Positions 1 through 8,981 of a stretch of DNA of 32,000 bases are shown in pieces. Each line of letters starts with the position of its first letter. The stretch's first letter is position 1. The DNA is from Erysipelotrichaceae bacterium MTC7 (lineage in GTDB: Bacteria; Bacillota_I; Bacilli_A; Erysipelotrichales; Erysipelotrichaceae), in the NCBI GenBank assembly GCA_001695645.1, contig LVZN01000011.1, positions 1-32,000 of the forward strand, given 5' to 3'. Both the position numbers and the translations under genes were made by a program. Under the pieces are notes generated by a model, which had not been told where the DNA came from, did not search any database, and saw only the letters and a list, made by a program, of their open reading frames with translations.

Positions 1-520
1 TACGAATACAAGCTTTGACTTAGAACATATTTAAAACCGTAGGAACTACGGGGATAGCTTGGTAAATAAGAGACACCGCTGTTAGTGAAGACATAAACTA
101 TCAAGTATGCTCTATTCCCAAGAATCTCGTGACTTCAGTCATGAGAGGTTCAAATACAATCAACATCTAGATTTTACGACATCTATATTACCTAAAAATT
201 TACTTTGCACCACACACAAACAAAGCACTCATTGAAAATCTCAATGAGTGCTTTGTCACATAATTGAATCAGGGTACAAGCTGTGATATACATGTCTATT
301 ACTTCAAGACTATATACAATCTTCCTTCAACATCAAATGCTTTATTGCATATAATGCCTTTCAGCTTGCAACCCATTCCGGTGCCCTCCGGTGATTGTAT
401 ATATTGAATCTTTTTCAAAGAAAATTGGAACTATCAATTCCAACCCTCCCTATTTACAAACACACACACCTGTTGTTTGAAAGTCTATTAAGACAACTTC
501 ATTATATGTCAATTTTGCAT

Positions 521-553
521 AAAAAAAGCGAAGGTTGCAGAATTGCCACCTTC
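521..553 (-). terminator. Rho-independent terminator after the response-regulator gene
   Basis: The minus strand reads GAAGGTGGCA-attc-TGCAACCTTC (530-553), followed by a T7 run (A-run 521-527 on +). It lies 17 nt past the stop at 571. Confidence 0.6.
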
Positions 554-570
554 ACCATATATTTTCTTGA

Positions 571-1236
571 TTATTCACGTTCAAATATGTAGCCCTCGTT
601 ACGATGGGCAGATATTGTGTATCCCAAATTCATGAGTTTCTTGCGTAGTCTTGAAATCGCACTTTTGATTGCTTGCGTATCTTCACTAAGCGGTAACTTC
701 CAAACTTGTTCATACAAGTATTCCACACTCATGACTCGATTTTCATTTTGGATGAACAGTAAAAGTAGAGCGAAATCCTTTTGCGTTAGCAACAAGTTTT
801 TACCATTGCAGTAGGCTTGTCTAGAAACGACATCAAGTTTAAGTGCACCCTTAGTTATGGTCTTTGGCAGGTTGTTGGCACGACGCAATAACGCATCAAT
901 CCTAGCTAGAAACACCGAAAACTCATACGGTTTGGTCAGATAGTCATCACCACCTTGACTAAGTCCACGCACTACATCCTCACTTGTGCCCAAACCCGTC
1001 AATAATAAAATGGGAACATTGGACTGTTTACGCAACTCACTCATAAAGTCGAGTCCATTTCCATCGGGCAGCATGACGTCGAGCACAATCGCATCTGGTT
1101 CTTCTTCACGCATTAGGGTTCTTGCTTCCTTTAGCGTTGATGCCATCATCACATCATAACCCTGCCGATTCAACATACGCCGATTGCCGTGCAAAATTTG
1201 TTCATTATCCTCTACCAATAAAATTAAATTACGCAT
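571..1236 (-). CDS. OmpR/PhoB-family response regulator
   Basis: Receiver motifs are LLVEDNE, DAIVLDVMLPDGNG and LTKPYE. The C-terminus is a winged-helix domain (RLRKKL...GYIFE). I prefer the start at 1236 (MRNLILL) because GGGGGA lies 7 nt upstream and the ATG is 4 nt after the kinase stop. Confidence 0.9.
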   Translation of the reverse strand: MRNLILLVEDNEQILHGNRRMLNRQGYDVMMASTLKEARTLMREEEPDAIVLDVMLPDGNGLDFMSELRKQSNVPILLLTGLGTSEDVVRGLSQGGDDYLTKPYEFSVFLARIDALLRRANNLPKTITKGALKLDVVSRQAYCNGKNLLLTQKDFALLLLFIQNENRVMSVEYLYEQVWKLPLSEDTQAIKSAISRLRKKLMNLGYTISAHRNEGYIFERE

Positions 1237-1240
1237 TTGC

Positions 1241-2533
1241 TTATCCCCCAAGTTGTCCTTCATATACCGGCAGTTTGTAATATACCGTTGTTCCTACACC
1301 TAACTTACTTTCCATCCAGATCTCACCACCATGAGATTCCACAACTGTTTTACACAAATACAAACCATAACCTGTGCCGTTTGTCGTCACTCCACGCTCA
1401 AATACGTCAGGTAATATCTCTGGTGCAATTCCACTTCCTGTATCTTTTACTGTAACCGTAATGAAGTTTGCCTCTTTATTTGCCTGAACCTGCAAACTTC
1501 CACCTTTGGTGTGGGCAAGCGCATTTTGTAGCAGGTTGGTTAATACTTGTGCCATTAAATCCGCATTCCCAAAAATCCATAAATCTGGTGCAATGTCCAC
1601 AGTTACGGCAATTCCCTTTTTTACAAGACTCATATGCATCATTTCCATCGTATTATGCATCAATGAAGTAAAGTCTAATTTTTGGCGCTCTGTATTTTCG
1701 CTAACCGATGCGAGATTTAACATACCTGTTACCATTCGCGACATGCGCATAATTTCACTTTGTGCATTATGTAGCAATGTGTCAACTTCAGGGTCATCAA
1801 TTTTGTGATCCATTTCGGCTAACATTTCAATCACGGTTTGGACATTGACAGACGTTACAGTCAGTGGCGTACGCATTTCATGTGATGCATTGGCCAAGAA
1901 TTCAGTTTTCATTTTATTGGCTTGTGCCAACACCGCATTTTGTGCATCCAGTTTTTTCTGTTGTGCATTGTACATGCAAAAGTGTGTGTACAAACAAACA
2001 CCAAGTACTAGACTTACTGCAACTAAACTGATAATGATGTCAACTAGGGCATCTTCTTCACTAGCAAATGGAGTAACCCACTCTGGATGAAGATAGGCGG
2101 TAATGCAAAGTGTGACATACAAGATCATTTCCAAAATGGAAAAGCCAATTGCCTTTTTCCCTTCCAACATAAAAATCGTAAATACGATAGCAAAGATAAA
2201 AAAGACTGGCATGCCACTGTGATACCCACCTGAAGCAAAAAACAAAAATGGAAACAATCCTAAGAAAATCCCAACAATCGTAATCATATAACAAAGTTGA
2301 TATTTGCCGCTGCGATAGGAATAAAGCAAAAGTGCACAGGAAAGCAAAGTGGAAAGTGCATTCACGACAATTGTCATATGATCTGAATAATTGACAATCA
2401 CAAGGACGCACATCACAAAACTCAGCAGGGCACCACCCATCGCTAGCACGTGAAATAACTTTACACGAAATTCAAGTTCTGCCGCAAAAAACATGGCAAT
2501 GAAGCGTTGAATCAGCGATTTACGTTGCATCAT
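1241..2533 (-). CDS. Sensor histidine kinase with ~6 N-terminal TM helices
   Basis: H-box FLANASHEMRTPLT. ATPase motifs are NLLQNALAHT, DTGSGI and GTGYGLYLC. The N-terminal ~190 aa are hydrophobic helices with very short loops. Confidence 0.9.
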   Translation of the reverse strand: MMQRKSLIQRFIAMFFAAELEFRVKLFHVLAMGGALLSFVMCVLVIVNYSDHMTIVVNALSTLLSCALLLYSYRSGKYQLCYMITIVGIFLGLFPFLFFASGGYHSGMPVFFIFAIVFTIFMLEGKKAIGFSILEMILYVTLCITAYLHPEWVTPFASEEDALVDIIISLVAVSLVLGVCLYTHFCMYNAQQKKLDAQNAVLAQANKMKTEFLANASHEMRTPLTVTSVNVQTVIEMLAEMDHKIDDPEVDTLLHNAQSEIMRMSRMVTGMLNLASVSENTERQKLDFTSLMHNTMEMMHMSLVKKGIAVTVDIAPDLWIFGNADLMAQVLTNLLQNALAHTKGGSLQVQANKEANFITVTVKDTGSGIAPEILPDVFERGVTTNGTGYGLYLCKTVVESHGGEIWMESKLGVGTTVYYKLPVYEGQLGG

Positions 2534-2651
2534 ACATACCTTCTACTAAACACACACAATGATTGTTTCTTGGTGTATGAATACTCTTACGGTTTAAGAA
2601 ATCGTTTCTTTCATACATAATGTTTCTCCCCTATATATCATAAACAATTTT

Positions 2652-2679
2652 ATTATACTACGTGAACGGGCATCTACAA
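2652..2679 (-). promoter_or_regulatory. Candidate sigma-A promoter of the two-component operon
   Basis: The minus strand reads TTGTAG-16 nt-TATAAT (TATAAT = 2652-2657). It lies downstream of the lipoprotein terminator and upstream of the AGGGGAG RBS. Confidence 0.4.
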
Positions 2680-2730
2680 CAACTAACACTTAATTTTATG
2701 TTAGTTTTTTACGTATTCATGTTAGCTATT

Positions 2731-2756
2731 AAAAAAAGCTATCCTACTGGATAACT
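2731..2756 (-). terminator. Rho-independent terminator after the lipoprotein cassette
   Basis: Minus strand AGTTATCC-agta-GGATAGCT with one mismatch, then a T7 run. It lies about 12 nt after the stop at 2768. Confidence 0.55.
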
Positions 2757-2767
2757 TCGCAAATGAC

Positions 2768-3160
2768 TTACTGCATGTTTTGATCGATAAATTTCATGAT
2801 GTCCTTTGCAGCTTTCTTATCAACTACTTTTTGGTAACCATGTTTTTCTTCTGTATTACTATGGTAATAAATTGCACCTTGATCACATATGTAATAGGAA
2901 TGGATCGTTTGATTATCACTTATGTGAATCTGATACTTGCTTTGAAATGTATCCTTTGTTTCTGCAAACGTTAATTTGTCCAAGATGGTTATCATTTCTT
3001 CATATTTTGTTTGCGGAAGTTTTGTTACTTGTTCTTTCTCCTGATGTGTTCGCGCAATTTCAATCGTATCGATTTTTTCAGCTTTCAAACACTTTGAACC
3101 ACAACCAACTAACAAAAGTACACACACGATACAACATAACGTTCTACCCACTTTTCTCAT
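2768..3160 (-). CDS. Hypothetical lipoprotein (130 aa)
   Basis: Signal peptide with lipobox LLVGC. RBS AGAGGTGA upstream. I recognise no family. Confidence 0.6.
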   Translation of the reverse strand: MRKVGRTLCCIVCVLLLVGCGSKCLKAEKIDTIEIARTHQEKEQVTKLPQTKYEEMITILDKLTFAETKDTFQSKYQIHISDNQTIHSYYICDQGAIYYHSNTEEKHGYQKVVDKKAAKDIMKFIDQNMQ

Positions 3161-3218
3161 ACATCACCTCTGTATGTATATTATTAGCATACAAACTGTA
3201 TGAAGTCAATAATACATT

Positions 3219-3761
3219 TTACTCTTGTAAAAAAGTTGCCCAAGTTCTTTTGCAATCATCTTTATGAACTAGCCAATCGTTTAGACAATTCATATATTCC
3301 AACACTTGTCGTTCAATCTTTGACTTGCATCCATCCAATCCATACAGATGAACCAATGCTGTGATTTGATAGATTGGTAGACCCAATGCATGTGTTGGTG
3401 TATGTACAATACTACAAGCTTGTCCAATGGCATGACACAATGCGACATCGACTTTATCATCCATACGCTTAGCAAGTGCATGGATATCAAGGATCTTACG
3501 TTTTGCTTCTGGCATTTTGCACATTCCTTGAGCCCAACACTCCGCTTTATCAACGACATCGGTAATGATTGTTTCATCTGGATAACGTGGTTGCAACTGA
3601 ACAGCAAGTTTTCTTGCATAATCGAGTCCCCACAACACAACAACTTGTCTTGATGCTTGTTTACATGCTTCATCCAATGGTTGCAACAATTTACTATCTT
3701 GTCCAATTAAGATGGCATTCTTTCTTTTATATCTTGCCTCAATTTCTTCAAACCAATCCAT
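3219..3761 (-). CDS. Alpha-helical Imm5-like (putative immunity) protein
   Basis: Start moved to MDWFEE (3761), which has AAGGAG 6 nt upstream. The motif succession LWGLDYARKL...PRYPDE, AECWAQG...PEAKRKILDIHALAKR and ALCHAIGQACSIVHTPTHALG matches my recollection of the Imm5 / Imm-5-like HEAT-like family. The family call is from memory only. Confidence 0.5.
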   Translation of the reverse strand: MDWFEEIEARYKRKNAILIGQDSKLLQPLDEACKQASRQVVVLWGLDYARKLAVQLQPRYPDETIITDVVDKAECWAQGMCKMPEAKRKILDIHALAKRMDDKVDVALCHAIGQACSIVHTPTHALGLPIYQITALVHLYGLDGCKSKIERQVLEYMNCLNDWLVHKDDCKRTWATFLQE

Positions 3762-3771
3762 ATTTCTCCTT

Positions 3772-4158
3772 TTAGTCGTTTTCAATCAATGGCACAATAC
3801 TTTCTGGTTTGAAGACAATTTCATAGCGATATTTGTTACTATCTGCCCAGTCTAGTTGTTCCACTGTATAACTCGTATTATCTGAAAGGCCAAAGTAATG
3901 TACTTTGTATTGTTCTTTGCCAAGTTTGCAAGTGACTTCCAAGCGTTGTGCTTCATTGTTTGTTTCCACAGAACAGTTTCCTTCTGCTTGGAACAAATAC
4001 TCACCAGTAATGTTGTTAATAAACACAATTCGTCTAAGAATCCTAAATTGCTCTGCATCCTTTTTAATGTTTTCCGTTACGACATCTGCATCCGAATCAC
4101 ATGCAACAAGTCCCATCCCACACAAAAGGACAAGTACTAAAATTTTTACTTTTCTCAT
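3772..4158 (-). CDS. Hypothetical lipoprotein (128 aa)
   Basis: Signal peptide with lipobox GLVAC. RBS AGAGGGAA upstream. The mature part looks beta-rich. Confidence 0.65.
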   Translation of the reverse strand: MRKVKILVLVLLCGMGLVACDSDADVVTENIKKDAEQFRILRRIVFINNITGEYLFQAEGNCSVETNNEAQRLEVTCKLGKEQYKVHYFGLSDNTSYTVEQLDWADSNKYRYEIVFKPESIVPLIEND

Positions 4159-4212
4159 TCTATTCCCTCTACTTTATATCTACATTTTATTATATTTCAC
4201 TGAAAAATACAC

Positions 4213-4237
4213 GAAAAAAAAGAGCACTAGGCTCTTT
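4213..4237 (-). terminator. Rho-independent terminator after the GNAT-like gene
   Basis: Minus strand AAGAGC-ctagt-GCTCTT followed by a T8 run, directly after the stop at 4238. Confidence 0.6.
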
Positions 4238-4807
4238 TTACATATCTCTTCGTAAATAAATGTATTGGTTCATTCGTTTTTGTGACTTCATATATTTATC
4301 TTCACGACTCACCTCATAAAACTTACAGTTTTTGAGGATACGAATAATTCGTGCATCCGTATCAGGTACAACAGCTAGATAAGCTTCACCATAGGCTTGT
4401 GCTAACACATATTCCACAAGTTCGTGGCACACCTTATCACTTTCTCCTTGAACAAAGTCAATTAAACTAATCGTATCCTTATTACAAAGTTGTTTCTCAA
4501 AAATTCGAACGAGTTTTTTATACAAAGCGGGTCCGCGAAAGATTCCAAACCATTTGATAAGTTCTCCCCGGTCAAGTTTTAAGGCACGTGTATCTCCTTG
4601 GGTACTAGCAAGCACACCAACTACCTTTCCTTCATTTTCAGCAATGCACACATGCTTTGGTTGCAATGCACACATAATTGCTTTCTTTAATTTTGCTTCA
4701 TCTAGTTTTGGCAATTGCTTTTGATAGGCTCTTACCAAAGCCGTTGCGACATACTCACAATCATGAGAGTTGCCCGGTCGAACCGTAATTGTTGCTGTTT
4801 TAATCAT
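4238..4807 (-). CDS. GNAT-family acetyltransferase-like protein
   Basis: 189 aa. It has a beta-strand/bulge segment (VCIAENEGKVVGVL) and C-terminal FYE typical of GNAT folds. The acetyl-CoA loop is not canonical, so the call is weak. Confidence 0.45.
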   Translation of the reverse strand: MIKTATITVRPGNSHDCEYVATALVRAYQKQLPKLDEAKLKKAIMCALQPKHVCIAENEGKVVGVLASTQGDTRALKLDRGELIKWFGIFRGPALYKKLVRIFEKQLCNKDTISLIDFVQGESDKVCHELVEYVLAQAYGEAYLAVVPDTDARIIRILKNCKFYEVSREDKYMKSQKRMNQYIYLRRDM

Positions 4808-4891
4808 GTATTACAACTCCTTTTTGCTACATCATACCGTTCTAGTGTAATCAAGTTTCACTGGTTCGACAAGTCATATGCTTTGGCAATC

Positions 4892-6658
4892 TTAGTTTTC
4901 TTTTAGATCTTCATGTAATACGCGATATACCGTTTTGGCAACAGGCTCAGGAACGATTGTAGAAAGTTCTTCCACACTAGCTGCTTTCATCTTTTTCATA
5001 CTTTTAAAGTGATTCCAAAGTTTCTTTCTTCGTACACTTCCAAGCCCAGGAATTTCATCCAAAATGGATTTGGTTTGGGCTTTACTACGTAGTTTCTTAT
5101 GAAATGTGATGGCAAAACGGTGCACTTCATCTTGCATTTGCGTCAATAAGAAAAATAGTGGTGCATCTTTTTTTACTGGAAGAATGTTTCCTTCACTATC
5201 CATCAAACTAGCCGTTCGGTGACGATCATCTTTGACCAATCCACATAAGGTAACCTGGATATCTAAAGCTTCAAGTATTTGACTGGCTGCATGGATTTGG
5301 CCCAATCCACCATCGACAATTAATAAATCATTAGGTGTTCCACCTTCTTTAAGCATTCGAAAGTAACGACGATAAATGACTTCTTTCATCGAATCCGTAT
5401 CCGAGATGTATTGATCCAATTTGTAGGTTCGATAATCTTTCTTGGATGGTTTCCCATCTTTGAAAACCACCATCCCAGAAACGTTAAATGCCCCTGAGAT
5501 ATGCGAGTTATCATAAATCTCAATCGTGGATATTTTTTTATGTAGCAATTTGGATAGTTCATCCAAAGCCTCATTTCGATTGGTGTCTTTGCGTTTTACT
5601 AGTTCAAATTTATCCACATGCGATTTTTTAGCATTTGCTTTTACCATTTCTAGCAAACGTAGTTTTTCTCCACGTTGCGGTTTGATGACCTTACAAGGGA
5701 ATACTTCACTTACATCCGTTTCAATTTCTTTAGGGATATATAGCACTTGTGGATATGGATTTTTTTGATAATACTGCATCAAAAAAGAGACAAATGCTTC
5801 CTCTACTTCTTCATAGATTGGTGTCACACTCAAGGCGCGATCTAAAATCTTTCCACCACGGATAAAGAATCCCTGGATACAAAGATAGCCTTTGTCATAG
5901 TAATAGTTAAAGGCATCAATGTCTTTTTTATCTGAGAACTGCACATGTTGATCACTTGCCACATGCTCAATGGATTTGATGAGTTCATGGTATTCTTGGG
6001 CACGCTCATAATCCATCTTTTCGCTAGCTGCATACATTCTTTGTTGCAACTGGTCCACGACAATCTTTGTGTCCCCATTTAGAAACTTTCTAATTTCAGT
6101 AGCCATCTTTTGATAAATCTTAGGATCGATATCTTCCACACAAGGCGCTAAGCATTGTCCCAAGTGGTAATACAAACAAACACGACTTGGCAGGTGTCGA
6201 CATTTTCGTAATGGATATATCTTATTCAACAAATCCTTTGTTTTATGTGCTGCACCAGCATCTGGAAATGGACCAAAGTAATACACATCTTTACGTTTAG
6301 GATTACGGATCACCGACAACATCGGGGCCTTATCCTTGGTCAACATGATGTATGGGTAACTTTTATCATCCATAAACATAATGTTGTACTTCGGTGTATA
6401 TTTTTTAATTAAGTTAAATTCAAGAATTAAACTTTCCTTTTCACTGTCGGTAACAATCGTTTCAAAGTCATCAATGTTTTGGACAAGACGTGTTGTTTTT
6501 GTATCATGGACACCACGAAAGTAGGAACGCACCCGATTGTTTAATTTCTTGGCTTTCCCTACATAAATGATGGTTCCATGTTTGTCTTTCATCATATAAC
6601 AACCTGGTCTTGCTGGCAGCAAATCCAGTTTGTCTTGAATCTTGTCCATATTTGCCAT
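4892..6658 (-). CDS. uvrC: Excinuclease ABC subunit C
   Basis: N-terminal GIY-YIG (GCYMMKD...IIYVGKAKKLNNRVRSYF), central UvrBC-interaction region and C-terminal (HhH)2. 588 aa. Confidence 0.95.
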   Translation of the reverse strand: MANMDKIQDKLDLLPARPGCYMMKDKHGTIIYVGKAKKLNNRVRSYFRGVHDTKTTRLVQNIDDFETIVTDSEKESLILEFNLIKKYTPKYNIMFMDDKSYPYIMLTKDKAPMLSVIRNPKRKDVYYFGPFPDAGAAHKTKDLLNKIYPLRKCRHLPSRVCLYYHLGQCLAPCVEDIDPKIYQKMATEIRKFLNGDTKIVVDQLQQRMYAASEKMDYERAQEYHELIKSIEHVASDQHVQFSDKKDIDAFNYYYDKGYLCIQGFFIRGGKILDRALSVTPIYEEVEEAFVSFLMQYYQKNPYPQVLYIPKEIETDVSEVFPCKVIKPQRGEKLRLLEMVKANAKKSHVDKFELVKRKDTNRNEALDELSKLLHKKISTIEIYDNSHISGAFNVSGMVVFKDGKPSKKDYRTYKLDQYISDTDSMKEVIYRRYFRMLKEGGTPNDLLIVDGGLGQIHAASQILEALDIQVTLCGLVKDDRHRTASLMDSEGNILPVKKDAPLFFLLTQMQDEVHRFAITFHKKLRSKAQTKSILDEIPGLGSVRRKKLWNHFKSMKKMKAASVEELSTIVPEPVAKTVYRVLHEDLKEN

Positions 6659-8968
6659 TTATTTCTTTCCTTTTAACGTTACAACTGTGGCACCAAGTCC
6701 ACCTTCACCTTCTCCACCCAAACGATAGCTATCTACGTATTTACTTTTCTTTAAGTAGTCATGAATGGCCTTGCGTAAAGCTCCAGTTCCTGCTCCATGC
6801 ACAATGCGTACGGAATACATTTTTTGCACAACAGCATTATCAATGTATTTTTCAACGATCGGTAAAGCTTCTGCAACACGCATACCAATGACATTGCATT
6901 CCATTGCCATGCGTGAATTGCTTTGCATTGTTGTTTTAACTGAGGCTTTTGCTTTCACTTTTGGTTTGTATGCAGGAATTAAATCTTTGGATTTTACATT
7001 CATGCGCATGCCATTGGTAAGAATGGTTGCCTTATTTCCTTTTAAGGAGATAATTTCTCCTTCATATTGTAAACCTTTTACTTTTACATAGTCATGCAGT
7101 TTGACTTCATACACTTTATCATCCACTGATGGTTCTACTTCTTGCGTTTTTAGTTTTGAAACAACTGCAATCATTTCATGTTCCTTCACATCTTTTAAAG
7201 AACGTAGTTCTTGCATAACCTCTTTTGCTTGGTCGCGTGCTTCTTCAAGAATTACATTGGCTTCTTGCCGTGCTTTGTGTAGCACTTGTTCTCGCTCTTC
7301 TACTTGTTTGTGTTTGGACTGGTTAAGTTCTTGTGCCAATAGGTCCAGTTTTGCTTGTTCTTGCTTGAACTGGCTTTGCGCTTCCAGTAATTCCAGTTTG
7401 TCTTTTTCCAATTGTTCCAAGAGCCTTTCTTGGTTGCTAAAACTTTGGTTGCGCAAAGTCTCTGCTGTTTGCAGGATTTCTGGTTTGATGCGGTAACGTT
7501 TTGCGATTTCTAACGCATTTGAATTCCCACTAAATCCTTCCATGTATTTATAGGTCGGTTCCATCGTTTCCAGGTTAAACCCAACACTGGATAGTAAAAT
7601 TTCTGGTTGTGTTTTTGCGTATTTTTTCACTCCGGAATAGTGCGTTGTCGCAATCGACATTACTTCGTGTTCTTTTAAGTATTCTAAAATGGCAATGGCC
7701 AAACACTCACCTTCATTTGGATCCGTTCCACTACCTAACTCATCAAGCAACACTAACGAATGACTGGTTGCTTCATCAAATATCGTTGCAAGTCTTGATA
7801 AGTGTGCAGAGAATGTTGACAGGGATTCTAAAATGGATTGGAAGTCACCAACATCAACAAAGACATTATCAAACAATGGTAGAACCGCTTCATCACAAAG
7901 TATAGGCAATCCACTCATTGACATAATGGTAAACAAACCAATGGTTTTTAGCGTTACCGTTTTCCCACCAGTGTTCGACCCACTAATTAATAAGATACGG
8001 TGGGGTTGTTCCATCCGATAGGTATTGGCAACCACCTTTTTTTCATCAATGAGGGGGTGACGTGCATCTTTCATAAATAGGGTCGAGCCATCTTTTTCTA
8101 AATCTGCATAGCATCCATTTGTCACAAACGCATAATGGGCTTGGGCAAAAAGAACATCCAATAAGGTTAGGGTTTCTAAGTTTGCTTGCATTTCATCACT
8201 GTACGGTTCAATCATCTTACACAATTCTCGCATGATTCGTTCCACTTCATTTTTTTCATTGGCACGTAACGACTGCAATTTATTGTTTAATATCAATAGT
8301 TCTTCTGGTTCAATGTATACAGCTTGTCCTGATGCACTTTCATCATGCACAAACCCTTTTACTTTATTTTTATCTCCTGCTTTTACAAGCAACGTTGTAC
8401 GATTGTTTCGTGTTGCGGTAATTTGGTCCATGAGTGAGCCACTGTAACGTTGCATCAACTCACTGGTTTTCTTACTAATATCCCCTTCGGTTTGTTTTAA
8501 CGCTTTACGAATACGTGCGAGATCTTCACTGGCACTATCTTTTACCTCGCCATTTGGATCAATCTTGCGTTCAATCTCTTCTCCAAGTTTTGTGAAGTCA
8601 CTTAACGCATCAAAGTAATCCATCACCAAAGGTGCATCTATTGCAATGTTGCGTTTGTAAGCTTGCATGTTTTTATATGAGGCAAAAAACATTGCCACAT
8701 CAAACAGGTCCACTCCACTTAACAGTTTTCCTTTCCCAACGCTTTTAAACACATCGTATAAGTCTTTAATACCAGCAAAAACTGGCGCTTGGTAGTGTTC
8801 GTATAATTTTAAACTTTCTTTTCCTCGTGTCAGTTCACGACTCGCTTTTAAATACGAAAACTCTGGTTGTTTATTTTGGATGTATGTTTTCGACAATGAA
8901 AATGACGCATAGTTTGCGACAAGTTCTTTTACCTCTTCAAAATCCAATCCTTCATAATGTTTCATCAT
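6659..8968 (-). CDS. mutS2: Endonuclease MutS2
   Basis: Walker A GSNTGGKTVTLK, MutS domain V (LLDELGSGTDP), coiled-coil linker and C-terminal Smr domain (RIVHGAGTGALR). The stop TAA directly abuts the uvrC ATG. Confidence 0.95.
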   Translation of the reverse strand: MMKHYEGLDFEEVKELVANYASFSLSKTYIQNKQPEFSYLKASRELTRGKESLKLYEHYQAPVFAGIKDLYDVFKSVGKGKLLSGVDLFDVAMFFASYKNMQAYKRNIAIDAPLVMDYFDALSDFTKLGEEIERKIDPNGEVKDSASEDLARIRKALKQTEGDISKKTSELMQRYSGSLMDQITATRNNRTTLLVKAGDKNKVKGFVHDESASGQAVYIEPEELLILNNKLQSLRANEKNEVERIMRELCKMIEPYSDEMQANLETLTLLDVLFAQAHYAFVTNGCYADLEKDGSTLFMKDARHPLIDEKKVVANTYRMEQPHRILLISGSNTGGKTVTLKTIGLFTIMSMSGLPILCDEAVLPLFDNVFVDVGDFQSILESLSTFSAHLSRLATIFDEATSHSLVLLDELGSGTDPNEGECLAIAILEYLKEHEVMSIATTHYSGVKKYAKTQPEILLSSVGFNLETMEPTYKYMEGFSGNSNALEIAKRYRIKPEILQTAETLRNQSFSNQERLLEQLEKDKLELLEAQSQFKQEQAKLDLLAQELNQSKHKQVEEREQVLHKARQEANVILEEARDQAKEVMQELRSLKDVKEHEMIAVVSKLKTQEVEPSVDDKVYEVKLHDYVKVKGLQYEGEIISLKGNKATILTNGMRMNVKSKDLIPAYKPKVKAKASVKTTMQSNSRMAMECNVIGMRVAEALPIVEKYIDNAVVQKMYSVRIVHGAGTGALRKAIHDYLKKSKYVDSYRLGGEGEGGLGATVVTLKGKK

Positions 8969-8981
8969 ATATTCCTTCTAT

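Noticed and set aside
130-165. GGTTCAAAT, resembling a tRNA T-loop, near a hairpin
   Set aside because: No acceptor stem, D-arm or anticodon arm can be built around it, and there is no CCA or discriminator context. It is not a tRNA or tmRNA.
395-592. 65-aa + strand ORF from the track
   Set aside because: It has no RBS. It runs through the minus-strand terminator hairpin and into the response-regulator 3' end. Its composition looks like translated AT-rich intergenic DNA.
1468-2411. Several 67-116-aa ORFs on both strands inside the kinase gene (1468-1671, 1506-1808, 1845-2090, 2061-2411)
   Set aside because: They are nested in or antisense to a gene with unambiguous HisKA/HATPase motifs. They have no RBS and low-complexity or Cys-rich translations.
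3290-3706. 138-aa alternative-frame ORF within the Imm5-like gene, plus + strand ORFs at 3390-3653 and 3569-3775
   Set aside because: The frame carrying the helical-repeat motifs and the AAGGAG-preceded ATG is the better supported one. The alternatives lack start signals.
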